From an uncultured Pseudomonadota bacterium (GTDB lineage Bacteria; Oederibacteriota; Muellerivitia; Muellerivitales; Muellerivitaceae), in contig CAWJKT010000009.1 of the NCBI GenBank assembly GCA_963843375.1, positions 160,001-224,000 on the forward strand: a DNA stretch of 64,000 nucleotides, given 5' to 3'. Positions within the stretch are counted from its first letter, which is position 1; every line of letters begins with the position of its first letter. Position numbers and translations under genes: made by a program. Positions 19,025 through 29,201 of the stretch are shown here, in pieces. The notes below the pieces were generated by a model. That model was not told the origin of the DNA. It saw nothing but the letters and a program-made list of their open reading frames with translations, and made no database searches.

Positions 19025-19100
19025 GCTTGTAATAGAGGAAAATGGAGCAACGCTTCTTGTAAGCGGTACGTCACCGGTCCGATTTCCGGTCGCTACTCTA
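19025..19100 (+). pseudogene. Degenerate tRNA-Thr(UGU) remnant
   Basis: Reads GAGCA-ACGCTT-CTTGTAA-GCGGT-ACGTC-ACCGG-TCCGATT-T-CCGGT-CGCTAC. This keeps a TGT anticodon loop and a T-arm stem, but the stems are broken and there is no D-arm or CCA. It lies where tRNA-Thr normally precedes tRNA-Tyr. Confidence 0.6.
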
Positions 19101-19141
19101 CTTTTCTTTGATAAAAGACTCGGCTTTTCGCGAGGATTAGT

Positions 19142-19229
19142 GGACAGGTGCCCGAGTGGTCAATGGGAGCAGACTGTAAATCTGCCGGCCGTCCGGCCTA
19201 CGAAGGTTCGAATCCTTCCCTGTCCACCA
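19142..19229 (+). tRNA. tRNA-Tyr (GTA)
   Basis: GGACAGG/CCTGTCC acceptor stem, anticodon arm GCAGA-CTGTAAA-TCTGC, long variable arm, TTCGAAT and CCA. Confidence 0.97.
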
Positions 19230-19436
19230 TGCAATGCGCCCTGTTCTTCTAGAATTGTTTTAGGGGAGCGGGGCTTACTTTTAGCGGACCATCTTTACTC
19301 TTAGATTGAAAATTGGGATACTTTTAGCTCACGCAAGTTTTCTATAATTAGGGCTAGGGCCTAAAAACAAGAATTGTGTCACCCCCATTACCTTCATCGG
19401 GTTTTGCCCGATATAGAAATAAATGAGGGTGCGGGT

Positions 19437-19511
19437 GCGGGAGTAATTCAGTGGTAGAATGCCACCCTTCCAAGGTGGACGTCGCCGGTTCGAATCCGGT
19501 CTCCCGCTCCA
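19437..19511 (+). tRNA. tRNA-Gly (TCC)
   Basis: GCGGGAG/CTCCCGC acceptor stem, CCACC-CTTCCAA-GGTGG anticodon arm, TTCGAAT and CCA. Confidence 0.97.
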
Positions 19512-19584
19512 TTATTAATGTTGAGGGATTGAAGCTAAACCTTCCTTAACTTGTTTCCCTTGCTAATTGATTGGAATTTGAATC

Positions 19585-21390
19585 ATGAAAGATACCTTTA
19601 CAACAAGTAATCCATCGGAAGCCATTCCCGGGAATCCTAATCCCGTTACGGAAATGAATGCCTTCATGGATGACCGAGTTATCCTTTATGGCCGACCCGG
19701 TTTATGCCGTACCCCTGAGGAACTTCTTTCGAGCGATGGCTTCCAGAATGTCTTAAAACATTTTCTTAAAAAAATGATTGTCCAGGATTCGCCTATATTG
19801 AACTGTATCCTTCCTTTCAAAACGGGTGAGGATTATGACGCGCCTAAATTAGCCAGTTTCTTAAAGGAACTTTTAACCAAGGATGTGCATGAAACTTTTT
19901 TCGCGACGACTGATCTAGTGCTTTTAAAAGATTTTGTAGAGGAACTTTATGCTTATTGGCGCCGCCGGGAGCGATTCGTAATTTTCGACCGGGACGTAGA
20001 GGATGGAGGGATTGACCTAAAGGAATATCATCAAATCTTTGTCCGGGCCAATGAGGAGTTTAAAAGTCTAGTGCTGGGTACATACCGGCATATTTCGGCT
20101 CATGTGACAGGGGATTGGTTCAAGGTTTATCGGCAATTGCCAGCGGGGGTTGGGGTTGGGTTTTTAGCTGAAAAGATCAACTGGAAATTTCCCTCGGACA
20201 TTTACCAAAAACTTAAAAACATCCCTTTCATTCGCTTGTCGCTCATTTATCCTCCGCTCATTTATTACACGAAGAGCAACAAGCGACAAGGTAAATTCAA
20301 CCCCTTAGCCAAGAACCCGATGGATTCGGTCAAGCTTGATTCTTCCCGATGGCTTTGTTTCCCGGCTAAAATCGGAACCCTTATTATCTATATTTATTTC
20401 CATAAAGATTTCATTTCGCATGCAGCCGGTCTTTCAAATCTCTTTGAACTTGCCAGCGCACAGGAAATCGCAAACCATAAACCCGATGGAGTGATGTTGT
20501 TCGGCGTGGATCCGTCTTTGATGGAGAACCAGTTGGTGGGTTATTACGAAGACACTGCCAGCGGAGTTTTGGTGGGCGCGGTGGCCTTTCAAATCCCAGA
20601 CGTGGATTATTTCGGATATTTCAAAAAAACCGCCTTGACCATTCACAATCTCATTATGATCGAGAAGGAAAACCTTCCGATTCATGGCGCAATGGCCAAG
20701 ATTGATTTGAAATCGGGTAAAAGCGCCCATGTGGTGATCGTGGGTGATTCCGGCGCAGGAAAGTCCGAATCCTTGGAAGCTTTTCGAGTTTTAGCGGATA
20801 AATACATCCGCCAGTTGACGGTTATTTTTGACGACATGGGTTCCTTAAGTATTAATCCGGACGGGCAAGTTGTCGGCCGAGGTACCGAGGTGGGCGCTTT
20901 TGTTCGGCTGGATGATTTACATCCCGGGTATGCCTACACGGAAATTGACCGGTCGGTTTTCATGAATCCCCATTTAAATAATGCCCGGTTGGTTATGCCG
21001 ATTACCGAATACCGTCATGTGGTTGCCGGTTACCCGGTTGACCTATTTTTGTACGCGAACAATTATGACAATGTGGATGAGGAACATCCTCACCTGCAAA
21101 TGATGACGGATGAATCTGCTGCCTATGAAGTCTTCGCGAATGGGGCTCGTTTGGCCAAGGGGACGACCGATGAAAAAGGACTAGTTCACACCTATTTTGC
21201 TAATCCTTTCGGTGCTCCACAAAAGAAAGATAAACACGAACCTTTGGCCAAAAAATTCTTGAATCAATTGATCAAAAACGGCAAGAAAGTCGGCCAATTG
21301 CGCACTCGTTTGGGGATATCCGGTTATGAAACAAAAGGGCCCGAGGAAGCCGCCCAATCCCTTTTCCAATACATCACAAAAAATCTTTAA
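19585..21390 (+). CDS. Divergent PEP carboxykinase-like P-loop protein (PEPCK/HPrK superfamily)
   Basis: 601 aa. DYFGYFKK, LPIHGAM, Walker A GDSGAGKSE and FDDMG resemble the PEPCK YxGxxKK / H / GxSGxGK / DD motifs. Confidence 0.65.
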   Translation: MKDTFTTSNPSEAIPGNPNPVTEMNAFMDDRVILYGRPGLCRTPEELLSSDGFQNVLKHFLKKMIVQDSPILNCILPFKTGEDYDAPKLASFLKELLTKDVHETFFATTDLVLLKDFVEELYAYWRRRERFVIFDRDVEDGGIDLKEYHQIFVRANEEFKSLVLGTYRHISAHVTGDWFKVYRQLPAGVGVGFLAEKINWKFPSDIYQKLKNIPFIRLSLIYPPLIYYTKSNKRQGKFNPLAKNPMDSVKLDSSRWLCFPAKIGTLIIYIYFHKDFISHAAGLSNLFELASAQEIANHKPDGVMLFGVDPSLMENQLVGYYEDTASGVLVGAVAFQIPDVDYFGYFKKTALTIHNLIMIEKENLPIHGAMAKIDLKSGKSAHVVIVGDSGAGKSESLEAFRVLADKYIRQLTVIFDDMGSLSINPDGQVVGRGTEVGAFVRLDDLHPGYAYTEIDRSVFMNPHLNNARLVMPITEYRHVVAGYPVDLFLYANNYDNVDEEHPHLQMMTDESAAYEVFANGARLAKGTTDEKGLVHTYFANPFGAPQKKDKHEPLAKKFLNQLIKNGKKVGQLRTRLGISGYETKGPEEAAQSLFQYITKNL

Positions 21391-21494
21391 AATTAACTTA
21401 ATCATAAGCTGATGCTAATCATAAAGATCTCGGCCCGGGTTGACTAGGCTTCGGTCATGAAAAAGTCCGTAAATTTCATATTGGGAGGTGGGTT

Positions 21495-22899
21495 TTGAGT
21501 TTTCGTATTGAACATGATTCCATTGGCGAGTTGAAGGTGCCTGAAGAGGCTTTGTGGGGCGTTCAGGCCGAAAGGGCGGTCCAGAATTTTCCCATCAGCG
21601 GTATTAAACCTCACAAAGTTTTCATCCAAGCGACTGTTCATATAAAGAAAGCCGCCGCTAGGTTTCACGCCGCGGTTGGGATGCTTGACAAGAAAAAGGC
21701 TGAGGCTATTGTCGCGGCTTCTGATGAAATTTTAAAACAAGAAAAATGGCTGGACCATTTTGTGGTGGATGTATACCAAGCCGGCGCCGGAACCAGCCAC
21801 AACATGAACACGAATGAGGTTTTAGCCAACCGGGCTATCGAATTATTGGGGGGCAAAAGGGGAGACTATAAGCTTGTCCACCCGAATGATATGGTCAACA
21901 TGGGGCAATCCACCAATGATGTGATACCCACGGCCATTCGCCTTTCGGGGCTCCTGTTAACGAGGGATTTTCTTCCCGTTCTCAAGAAATTAGCCTCCAC
22001 TTTTCGCAATAAAGGAAAGGAATTCAAAAAGGTCTTTAAATCGGGCCGCACCCATTTGCAAGATGCGGCGCTGATGACGTTGGGTCAGGAATTTAACGCT
22101 TATGCTGAAAATATGGAGAGGCATTGCCTTCGAATCGAGAGAGCCTCTGGGGATTTAACCGAACTGGGTATCGGTGGTTCGGCGGTGGGTACCGGGCTCA
22201 ATACCCACAAAGATTATTGCAAGGAAATGGCGTCGCTGCTTTCTGAACAAACGGGATTGAAACTAACCCCTCATCCGAATCTTTTTGAAGCGATGCAAAC
22301 TATGTCGCCATTTGTTTCCCTTTCTAATGCTTATCGGAACTTGGCTTTGGATTTGACCCGCATCGCCAATGATTTCCGTTTAATGACGAGCGGTCCAGCT
22401 ACCGGGTTTGGAGAAATACTTTTGCCGGTCATGCAACCTGGATCATCAATCATGCCCGGAAAAGTTAATCCCGTCATGGCCGAGTGCCTCAATATGGTTT
22501 GTTATCAGGTGTTGGGCCACGATACGACGGTTGCTTTTGCCGCCCAGGCGGGCCAGATGGAATTGAATGTGATGATGCCCGTTTTGGCTTATAACCTGAA
22601 CCAGGAAATCACGCTCTTGACTAATATGCTTAAGGCTTTTGAAGAAAAATGCGTTTCGGGTGTGAAAGCCGAAGAGGCCCGGTGCCGCTATTACGCGGAT
22701 CAAAGTACCCAGGTGGCCACGGCTTTGAATCCTGTCATCGGGTACGAGAAAGCGGCGGAAGTGGTGAAGGCAGCATTGAAAGAAGGCAAAGACTGTTCGT
22801 CAGGTTGTCTTGGAGAAGAAATTATTGACCGAGGAAAAATACAATCAGGCGGTACAGCTGGAAAAAATAGTCGATCCTCATGGGCGGGACGGGGTATGA
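21495..22899 (+). CDS. aspA: Aspartate ammonia-lyase / class II fumarase family (apparent +1 indel near 22790)
   Basis: QAGAGTSHNMN, GRTHLQDA, GSSIMPGKVNPV and GQMELNV motifs. The natural C-terminus (TVRQVVLEKKLL...) continues in a shifted frame to TGA at 22899. Confidence 0.8.
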
Positions 22900-22981
22900 C
22901 GGAATGTTTTGATTGTGACGCATTCGGGGGCTTGGTTTGTTTGAGAGTGAGGAAAATGGCCTTAAATATAGCCATTTCTCC

Positions 22982-23009
22982 TTGACAGGCGACCTTTCAA
23001 ACGTACAAT
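22982..23009 (+). promoter_or_regulatory. Sigma70-type promoter for tRNA-Thr-tuf
   Basis: TTGACA (22982), a 16-nt spacer and TACAAT (23004), just upstream of tRNA-Thr. Confidence 0.7.
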
Positions 23010-23031
23010 ACCTTACTCTTGCATGACCCCC

Positions 23032-23107
<76 letters not shown>

Positions 23108-23154
23108 TCGTTGCATGGTAACCCAAAGTTTTAATTATTTTGGAGGAGCAGAAG

Positions 23155-24346
23155 ATGTCAAAAGAGAAATTCGTACGGAACAAGCCGCACGTGAATATCG
23201 GGACGATTGGTCACGTCGACCACGGAAAGACGACGCTGACGGCTGCGATCACGACGGTATTGGCGAAAAAAGGTTGGGCGACGGCGAAGGGATACGCGGA
23301 CATCGATAACGCCCCGGAAGAAAGGGAGCGCGGGGTTACGATTAATACCTCCCACGTGGAGTACCAGACCGAGAAAAGACATTATGCCCATGTGGACTGC
23401 CCGGGTCACGCGGACTATATCAAGAACATGGTGACGGGAGCGGCCCAGATGGACGGGGCGATTCTGGTGGTTTCGGCCGCCGACGGCCCGATGCCTCAGA
23501 CGCGGGAACATATTTTGTTGGCCCGCCAGGTCGGGGTGCCATTTATCGTTGTTTTTCTGAACAAGTGCGACATGGTGGACGATAAGGAATTGTTGGAATT
23601 GGTCGAAGTGGAAGTGCGTGATCTGCTGACCAAGTACGGTTTTCCCGGGGACAAGACGCCGGTCATCAAGGGTTCGGCGACGAAGGCCTTGGAAGGGGAT
23701 GCCGGGGAGCTTGGGGAACAAGCGATATTCAAGTTGATGGATGCGGTTGATAGCTATATTCCCGAGCCGAAGCGGGACGTGGATAAGGACTTCTTGATGG
23801 CGGTTGAAGACGTGTTCCTGATCACGGGGCGTGGAACGGTAGCGACGGGAAGAGTCGAAAGAGGCCGGGTAAAGGTTGGAGAAGCGGTGGAAATAGTGGG
23901 GATCAAGCCGACGAAGGACACGGTGGTGACCGGGCGTGGAAATGTTCCGCAAATTGCTGGATGAAGCCCAAGCGGGAGACAATATCGGAGTGCTCTTAAG
24001 AGGCGTGGAAAAGAAGGATATTGAGCGAGGGCAGGTATTGGCCAAGCCCAAGAGCATCCTGCCGCACGCGAAGTTCAAGGGAGAAGTCTACGTGTTGACG
24101 AAAGAGGAAGGCGGACGCCATACGCCGTTTTTCAACGGATATAAGCCGCAGTTTTTCTTCCGGACGACGGACGTGACGGGGTCGGTGAAGTTACCGCAAG
24201 GGGTGGAGATGTGCATGCCGGGGGACAACATCACGATGGACATCGAGTTGATCGTGCCGGTGGCGATGGAAAAAGAGCTGAGGTTCGCGATCCGGGAAGG
24301 CGGCCACACGGTGGGCGCCGGTGTCGTAACCCAGATCGTTGAATAA
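23155..24346 (+). CDS. tuf: Elongation factor Tu (apparent indel near 23930)
   Basis: [17 protein letters not shown] and NKCD in the first frame; EMFRKLLD...RFAIREGG in a second frame. Confidence 0.97.
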
Positions 24347-24369
24347 AGAAATCGAAGGAATAGACACTC

Positions 24370-24519
24370 ATGCGTGAGCAAATTACATTGGCTTGTTCGG
24401 ACTGTAAACGCCGCAATTATCATAAGACGCGGGACAAAAGGAAAACTCCGGATAAGTTAGAGGTTAAGAAATATTGCCGGTGGTGCCGCAAGCACACGTT
24501 GCATAAGGAAACCAAATAA
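24370..24519 (+). CDS. rpmG: 50S ribosomal protein L33 (Zn-binding, two CxxC)
   Basis: [17 protein letters not shown]...[17 protein letters not shown], between tuf and tRNA-Trp. Confidence 0.95.
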   Translation: MREQITLACSDCKRRNYHKTRDKRKTPDKLEVKKYCRWCRKHTLHKETK

Positions 24520-24532
24520 ACCGAAATTTCTT

Positions 24533-24608
24533 AGGGCAGTAGCTCTAATGGTAGAGCGGCGGTCTCCAAAACCGCGCGTTGAAGGTTCGAATCCTTCCTG
24601 CCCTGCCA
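24533..24608 (+). tRNA. tRNA-Trp (CCA)
   Basis: AGGGCAG/CTGCCCT acceptor stem, GCGGT-CTCCAAA-ACCGC anticodon arm, TTCGAAT and CCA. Confidence 0.97.
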
Positions 24609-24689
24609 GCTATGTCAAATCATCAGGCAAGCAGATGCCACTGGAGTCCTGCCATCCGGATGAAGGAACCAACGGTCAAAAGGTGAGGA

Positions 24690-24878
24690 ATGTTCGAGAA
24701 CTTAAAGGTTTTTTTCGCGGAAGCGAAGTCGGAATTTAAAAAAATCTCTTGGCCCAATTGGGAGGAGATCAAGGGTTCGACCGCTGTAGTCTGCGTCACT
24801 ATTATTTTTTTAATGATGGTTTTGGCGATTTATGATTTTGGCGTTAGCAGCCTGATGGGATTAGTAGTCAAACAATAA
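24690..24878 (+). CDS. secE: Preprotein translocase subunit SecE
   Basis: EFKKISWP motif plus one TM helix; conserved position before nusG. Confidence 0.92.
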   Translation: MFENLKVFFAEAKSEFKKISWPNWEEIKGSTAVVCVTIIFLMMVLAIYDFGVSSLMGLVVKQ

Positions 24879-24896
24879 AGAGAGGTAGTCTTGCAA

Positions 24897-25429
24897 ATGT
24901 CCAAGCGCTGGTACGTGATCAATACTTATTCCGGATACGAAGCCAAGGTAAAAACAAACCTGGAAAACCGGATTAAGAGCATGAAAATGGAAGACAAGAT
25001 TTTCCAGATCCTGATCCCCTCGGAGGAAGTCACCGAGACCCGTGCTGGCAAGAAGCGCATTACGAATAAAAAATTCTTCCCTGGTTATATCCTTGGTGGA
25101 AATGGATATGGACGAGAATTCCTGGTCGGTGGTTCGCAATACCCCCAAGGTCACCAGTTTCGTGGGGTCGGGCAATAAGCCCATTCCGCTTCCGGACGAG
25201 GAAGTGACGGCAATTCTTGAACATATTGGCAAACGCCGTGAGCGCAGGGCCTTGAAGAGCCAGTTTGATAAAGGTGATTTGGTGAAGGTGATGGATGGGC
25301 CATTTCGCGAATTTCTCTGGTTCGGTTGAGGAAATCAATCCGGAGCGCGAAAGGGTGAAGGTCATGGTGACCATCTTCGGCCGGCAGACGCCGGTGGAAT
25401 TGGAATTCCACCAAATCGAAAAAGAATAG
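24897..25429 (+). CDS. nusG: Transcription termination/antitermination factor NusG (apparent indels)
   Basis: [30 protein letters not shown] and the KOW region (DGPF...[10 protein letters not shown]), spread across shifted frames. Confidence 0.93.
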
Positions 25430-25469
25430 CTTGCTTTTAGGAAGCGAGTAGAAGGAATAAGGAAAAGTC

Positions 25470-25895
25470 ATGGCAAAAGAATTAAACGCGATGGTGAAGC
25501 TTCAAATACCAGCCGGCAAGGCGAATCCGGCCCCGCCGGTGGGACCGGCTTTAGGCCAGCACGGTGTCAATATCATGGAGTTCTGCAAGCAATTCAACGC
25601 GGCAACCCAAAAACAGGATGGTCTGATCATTCCGGTGGTCATTTCCATTTATAAAGACCGCTCCTTTACTTTTATTACCAAGACACCCCCGGCTTCAGTT
25701 CTCTTGTTGAAAGCAGCGGGTTTGGCCAAGGGTTCACCGGTTCCCAATAAGCAAAAAGTCGCCAAGGTGACGTTGAAACAGGTTGAGGAAATCGCCAAGA
25801 CTAAAATGCCGGATTTAAACGCCCAAAAGCTGGATTCCGCCATGCGAATGGTGGAAGGTACGGCTCGCAGCATGGGAATCGAAATTCAAAGGTAA
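25470..25895 (+). CDS. rplK: 50S ribosomal protein L11
   Basis: [23 protein letters not shown] and GTARSMG motifs. Confidence 0.98.
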   Translation: MAKELNAMVKLQIPAGKANPAPPVGPALGQHGVNIMEFCKQFNAATQKQDGLIIPVVISIYKDRSFTFITKTPPASVLLLKAAGLAKGSPVPNKQKVAKVTLKQVEEIAKTKMPDLNAQKLDSAMRMVEGTARSMGIEIQR

Positions 25896-25928
25896 CCTCC
25901 GGGTTTCTTTTGGTTTCAAAAAATAACT

Positions 25929-25966
25929 GTGGGAGCTTCATCGAAATGGTGGGGCGTTTGAACCAC
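25929..25966 (+). promoter_or_regulatory. Probable L1-binding autoregulatory RNA element before rplA
   Basis: GTGGGAG...ACCAC with an internal hairpin (CTTCATC/GGTGGGG), immediately before the rplA RBS. Confidence 0.6.
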
Positions 25967-25977
25967 GGGAGGAAAAT

Positions 25978-26688
25978 ATGGCTAAGAAGGCTAGCAAAAG
26001 GCATCGCAAAAACGCTGAGTTGGTGGATAAAACCAAGTCCTATGCCCTGACCGAGGCGGTTGGAATTCTTAAAAAAGCGGCACCCGCCAAGTTTAATGAG
26101 ACGGTCGAGCTTCATATCAAGCTCGGAGTGGATCCCAAAAAGGCCGACCAACAGGTTCGCGGTACGGTTTCTCTCCCGCATGGTACGGGCAAAACCCTCA
26201 AAGTCGCGGTTTTGGCCAAGGGCGAAAAAATAAAAGAAGCCGAAGCCGCCGGGGCTGATTTCGCAGGCGACACCGATTTGATTGAGAAGATCGCCGGTGG
26301 ATTCCTGGATTTCGACGTCCTGGTTGCGACCCCCGATATCATGCGTGAAACCGGTAAATTGGGTAAGGTGCTTGGCCCCAAAGGTTTGATGCCTAATCCC
26401 AAGGCCGGAACGGTAACCCCCAACGTGGCCCAAGCGGTAAAGGAAATCAAAGCCGGTAAGATCGAATACCGCGTGGACGACCAAGGCATCTGCCACGCAG
26501 GGGTAGGCAAGATCAAATTCGAAGAGAAACAGATTCTTGAAAACGCCCAGGCCTTGATCAAGACCCTGGTGTCAGTAAAACCCGCCTCGGCTAAGGGAAC
26601 TTATTTGATTTCGGCCCATTTGACGTCAAGCATGGGCCCCGGAATCAAGGTGGACACGGGGGAGTTTACAAAAACCGTCGCCAAGTGA
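25978..26688 (+). CDS. rplA: 50S ribosomal protein L1
   Basis: [20 protein letters not shown] and [11 protein letters not shown] motifs. Confidence 0.98.
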   Translation: MAKKASKRHRKNAELVDKTKSYALTEAVGILKKAAPAKFNETVELHIKLGVDPKKADQQVRGTVSLPHGTGKTLKVAVLAKGEKIKEAEAAGADFAGDTDLIEKIAGGFLDFDVLVATPDIMRETGKLGKVLGPKGLMPNPKAGTVTPNVAQAVKEIKAGKIEYRVDDQGICHAGVGKIKFEEKQILENAQALIKTLVSVKPASAKGTYLISAHLTSSMGPGIKVDTGEFTKTVAK

Positions 26689-26744
26689 TATTATTCAAAG
26701 CTCCCCGGCCTTCGGGTTGGGGCGTTTAAGAATGTAAAGATTGT

Positions 26745-26862
26745 CAAAGACAGCAGGTGTTCCGAAAGGGACTTAATGCAAGCCTGCCGAGACGAATCGG
26801 AAGATTAAGAGTATTCCAATACCCTTCATCCGGTCGTTTCGGATGAGGGGTTTTTCTTTTTG
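26745..26862 (+). promoter_or_regulatory. L10 leader RNA with attenuator-like terminator
   Basis: AAGACAGCAGG...CTTAA...CCTGCCGAG is followed by the hairpin CCCTTCATCCG/CGGATGAGGGG and a T-run, upstream of rplJ. Confidence 0.8.
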
Positions 26863-26946
26863 AGGCCAAAGGTTCGATAGAACGAATCCGGCTCAAAATT
26901 CCCTTATCCCTAGTTTGAAAATTGATTCGAGAAGGTGGTGATTTTT

Positions 26947-27493
26947 TTGACAGAACACAAAAAGCGCGAACCGAAAGCGGAAAAGGTCCAGGTGGTGGAG
27001 GATTTCACCAAAAGGGTTCAATCGGCCAAATCGGCTGTCATCACGGGTTACACCGGGTTGACGGTAGAGGAAGTCACGGACTTGCGCGCCAAGCTTTTTC
27101 ACGCCAAGGTTGAATACCATGTGGTGAAGAACAACTTGGCCCGTATCGCCTTGAACAAGTGCAATATCACGGTTCTCGACGATCTTTTGACCGGCCCCAC
27201 GGCCATCGCTTTAGCGATGGAGGACGCAGTGGCTCCGGCACGAGTTCTTTCCAAGTTCGCCAAGGACCACGATAAGTTGTCCGTCAAGGGCGGATGGATG
27301 GAAGGGACGCAAGATCACCGTTCAGGACATCAAGGCCTTGGCGAATTTGCCGAGCCGCGAGGTACTGCTGGCGAAAGCCTTGGGCAGCATGAAGTCGCCT
27401 ATTTCCGGCATCGTTCAGGTTTTGGCTGGTCCGGCTCGCAAACTGGTTTATGCCCTCAATGCCGTCGCTCAGGCGAAGGGAAAAACAGCTTAA
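26947..27493 (+). CDS. rplJ: 50S ribosomal protein L10 (apparent indel near 27305)
   Basis: YTGLTV, VVKNNLA and LTGPTA motifs. The C-terminal [12 protein letters not shown] lies in a shifted frame. The start codon is uncertain (TTG 26947 or GTG 26935). Confidence 0.93.
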
Positions 27494-27560
27494 TTCTATT
27501 AACCTTCTTCGGCCTTTGTGGCCGGATACAAGAAAATTAAAATATTGGAGGAAGTTTCAA

Positions 27561-27941
27561 ATGCCTACTTTAACAAAAGATGAGTTTATCGCCGCGATAG
27601 AGCAAATGAGCGTTCTGGACTTGAACGAACTCGTGAAGGCTCTCGAGACCAAGTTTGGCGTATCGGCTGCTGCCCCCGTGGCGGTCGCCGCCGGAGGCGG
27701 AGCCGCTGCCGCCGCTGCCGAGGAAAAGACCTCGTTTGACGTGAATTTGAAGACGGTCGATGCCGCCAAGAAAATCAACGTCATCAAGGTCGTCCGCGAA
27801 GTCACAGGATTGGGCTTGAAGGAAGCAAAGGATCTGGTGGACGGGGCCCCGAAGCCCATCAAGACTGGCATTTCCAAGGCCGAGGCCGATGGAATCGTTG
27901 CCAAGTTCAAGGATTCCGGCGCCGAAGTCGAAATCAAGTAA
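27561..27941 (+). CDS. rplL: 50S ribosomal protein L7/L12
   Basis: [24 protein letters not shown] and [11 protein letters not shown] motifs; RBS GGAGG. Confidence 0.98.
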   Translation: MPTLTKDEFIAAIEQMSVLDLNELVKALETKFGVSAAAPVAVAAGGGAAAAAAEEKTSFDVNLKTVDAAKKINVIKVVREVTGLGLKEAKDLVDGAPKPIKTGISKAEADGIVAKFKDSGAEVEIK

Positions 27942-27951
27942 GCGGGTTTCC

Positions 27952-28000
27952 AAAGCCTCCTGCGGCGCGTTTCTTAAGTGCCACGGGAGGCTTTTTTGTT
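27952..28000 (+). terminator. Intrinsic terminator after rplL
   Basis: AAAGCCTCC...GGAGGCTTT stem followed by a T-run. Confidence 0.8.
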
Positions 28001-28060
28001 TTGTGGACTTGTTAAAAAAGGTAACATAGGCCACCCTTACCAAAACAGGGAGGTAAACTC

Positions 28061-28553
28061 GTGGAAAATGCTCTTATTGAACAAATCCGGAAAAATTTCG
28101 AATACGATTACTGGGCTAATGACCAATACATAAAGGCTCTTTTGGAAATGTCCCAGCCGCCTGAAAAGGCCGTAAAAATTTTCGCTCATATCTTATTTGC
28201 GTTGGATGTTTGGCTTGCCCGCTTGATGAAGGAGGATCTTTCCCAATACAAGGATCCCACTCCCCCCTATTCCCTCCTTGAGAGTCGGAAAAAATTGGAC
28301 GATCTTCATGAAAAATGGAAAAGGTATTTGGCTATCTTTAACGCCGGAGGAGATGACAGAGAAGTTCACCGCCCCCAACACCCAGGGAAAACTTTCCGAG
28401 CACATGGTTCAAAACGTTCTATTTCAGGTAGTTCACCCATTCCCACTATCATCGTGGCCAATTGGCGCCCCTCGTGCACCAGGCGGGGGCAAACGCCCCG
28501 GGACCGATTACATCGGTTATGCCTATGCGATAGGTGAGTCCAAATTAGTATGA
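28061..28553 (+). CDS. DinB/YfiT-family protein (apparent indels)
   Basis: YDYWAN, HILFA..VWL.R, HSHYHRGQ and TDYI motifs across frames. Confidence 0.8.
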
Positions 28554-29201
28554 ACAACGGCCTATTTATTACATTTGAAGGTACGGAAGGGTCCGGTAAA
28601 ACCACCCAACTGCGTCTCTTGGCCGCGGTCCTCAAGGAATACCGAGTCCCGCACATTGTCACGCGGGAGCCGGGTGGGTCCAGCTTGAGTACCCAATTGC
28701 GGCATTGGATCCTGAACAAACTGGAATACAAACTGATGCCCCGGACCGAATTGTTATTGTTCCTGGCCGACCGGGCCCAGCATGTAGGGGAAGTCATCGA
28801 ACCCGCTTTGAAACAGGGAAAAGTAGTTCTTTGCGACCGTTACTCCGATTCCACCTTGGCCTACCAGGGCGGGGGCCGGGGTTTCGAGATGAAGCTTTTA
28901 AAAATACTGAATCAAGTCGCGAGCGAATTGAAACCCGACTTAACCCTTCTTTTCGACCTGCCGGTTGAAGTGGGACTTCAGGCGGGCCCTGGGCCGAGGC
29001 AAGGGGAAGGACCGCATGGAAAGTGAAAGCCTGAGATTCCACAGGGCGGTCCGCCGGGTTTACTTGGAAACCGCCCGCAAGGAAAAGGGACGATTTATCG
29101 TCGTCAATGCTAACCAAAGCCGGGAATTCGCTTACCAGGAAATGTTGGAAGGCTTGATCGATCGGCTGCCTTTACGAAAAAAAGGTGGGAGACGTGGCTG
29201 A
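28550..29201 (+). CDS. tmk: Thymidylate kinase (apparent indel near 28980)
   Basis: FITFEGTEGSGKTTQ, TREPGG and LCDRYSDSTLAYQG motifs. Confidence 0.95.

Noticed and set aside
19011..19304. 97-aa ORF
   Set aside because: It overlaps tRNA-Tyr and the tRNA-Thr remnant and has no protein motifs.
21495..22899. fumC assignment
   Set aside because: QAGAGTS, GKVNPVMAE and GQMELNV look closer to aspartase than to FumC (GKVNPTQ). Fumarase activity cannot be excluded from sequence alone.
24548..24739. 63-aa ORF
   Set aside because: It overlaps tRNA-Trp and secE.
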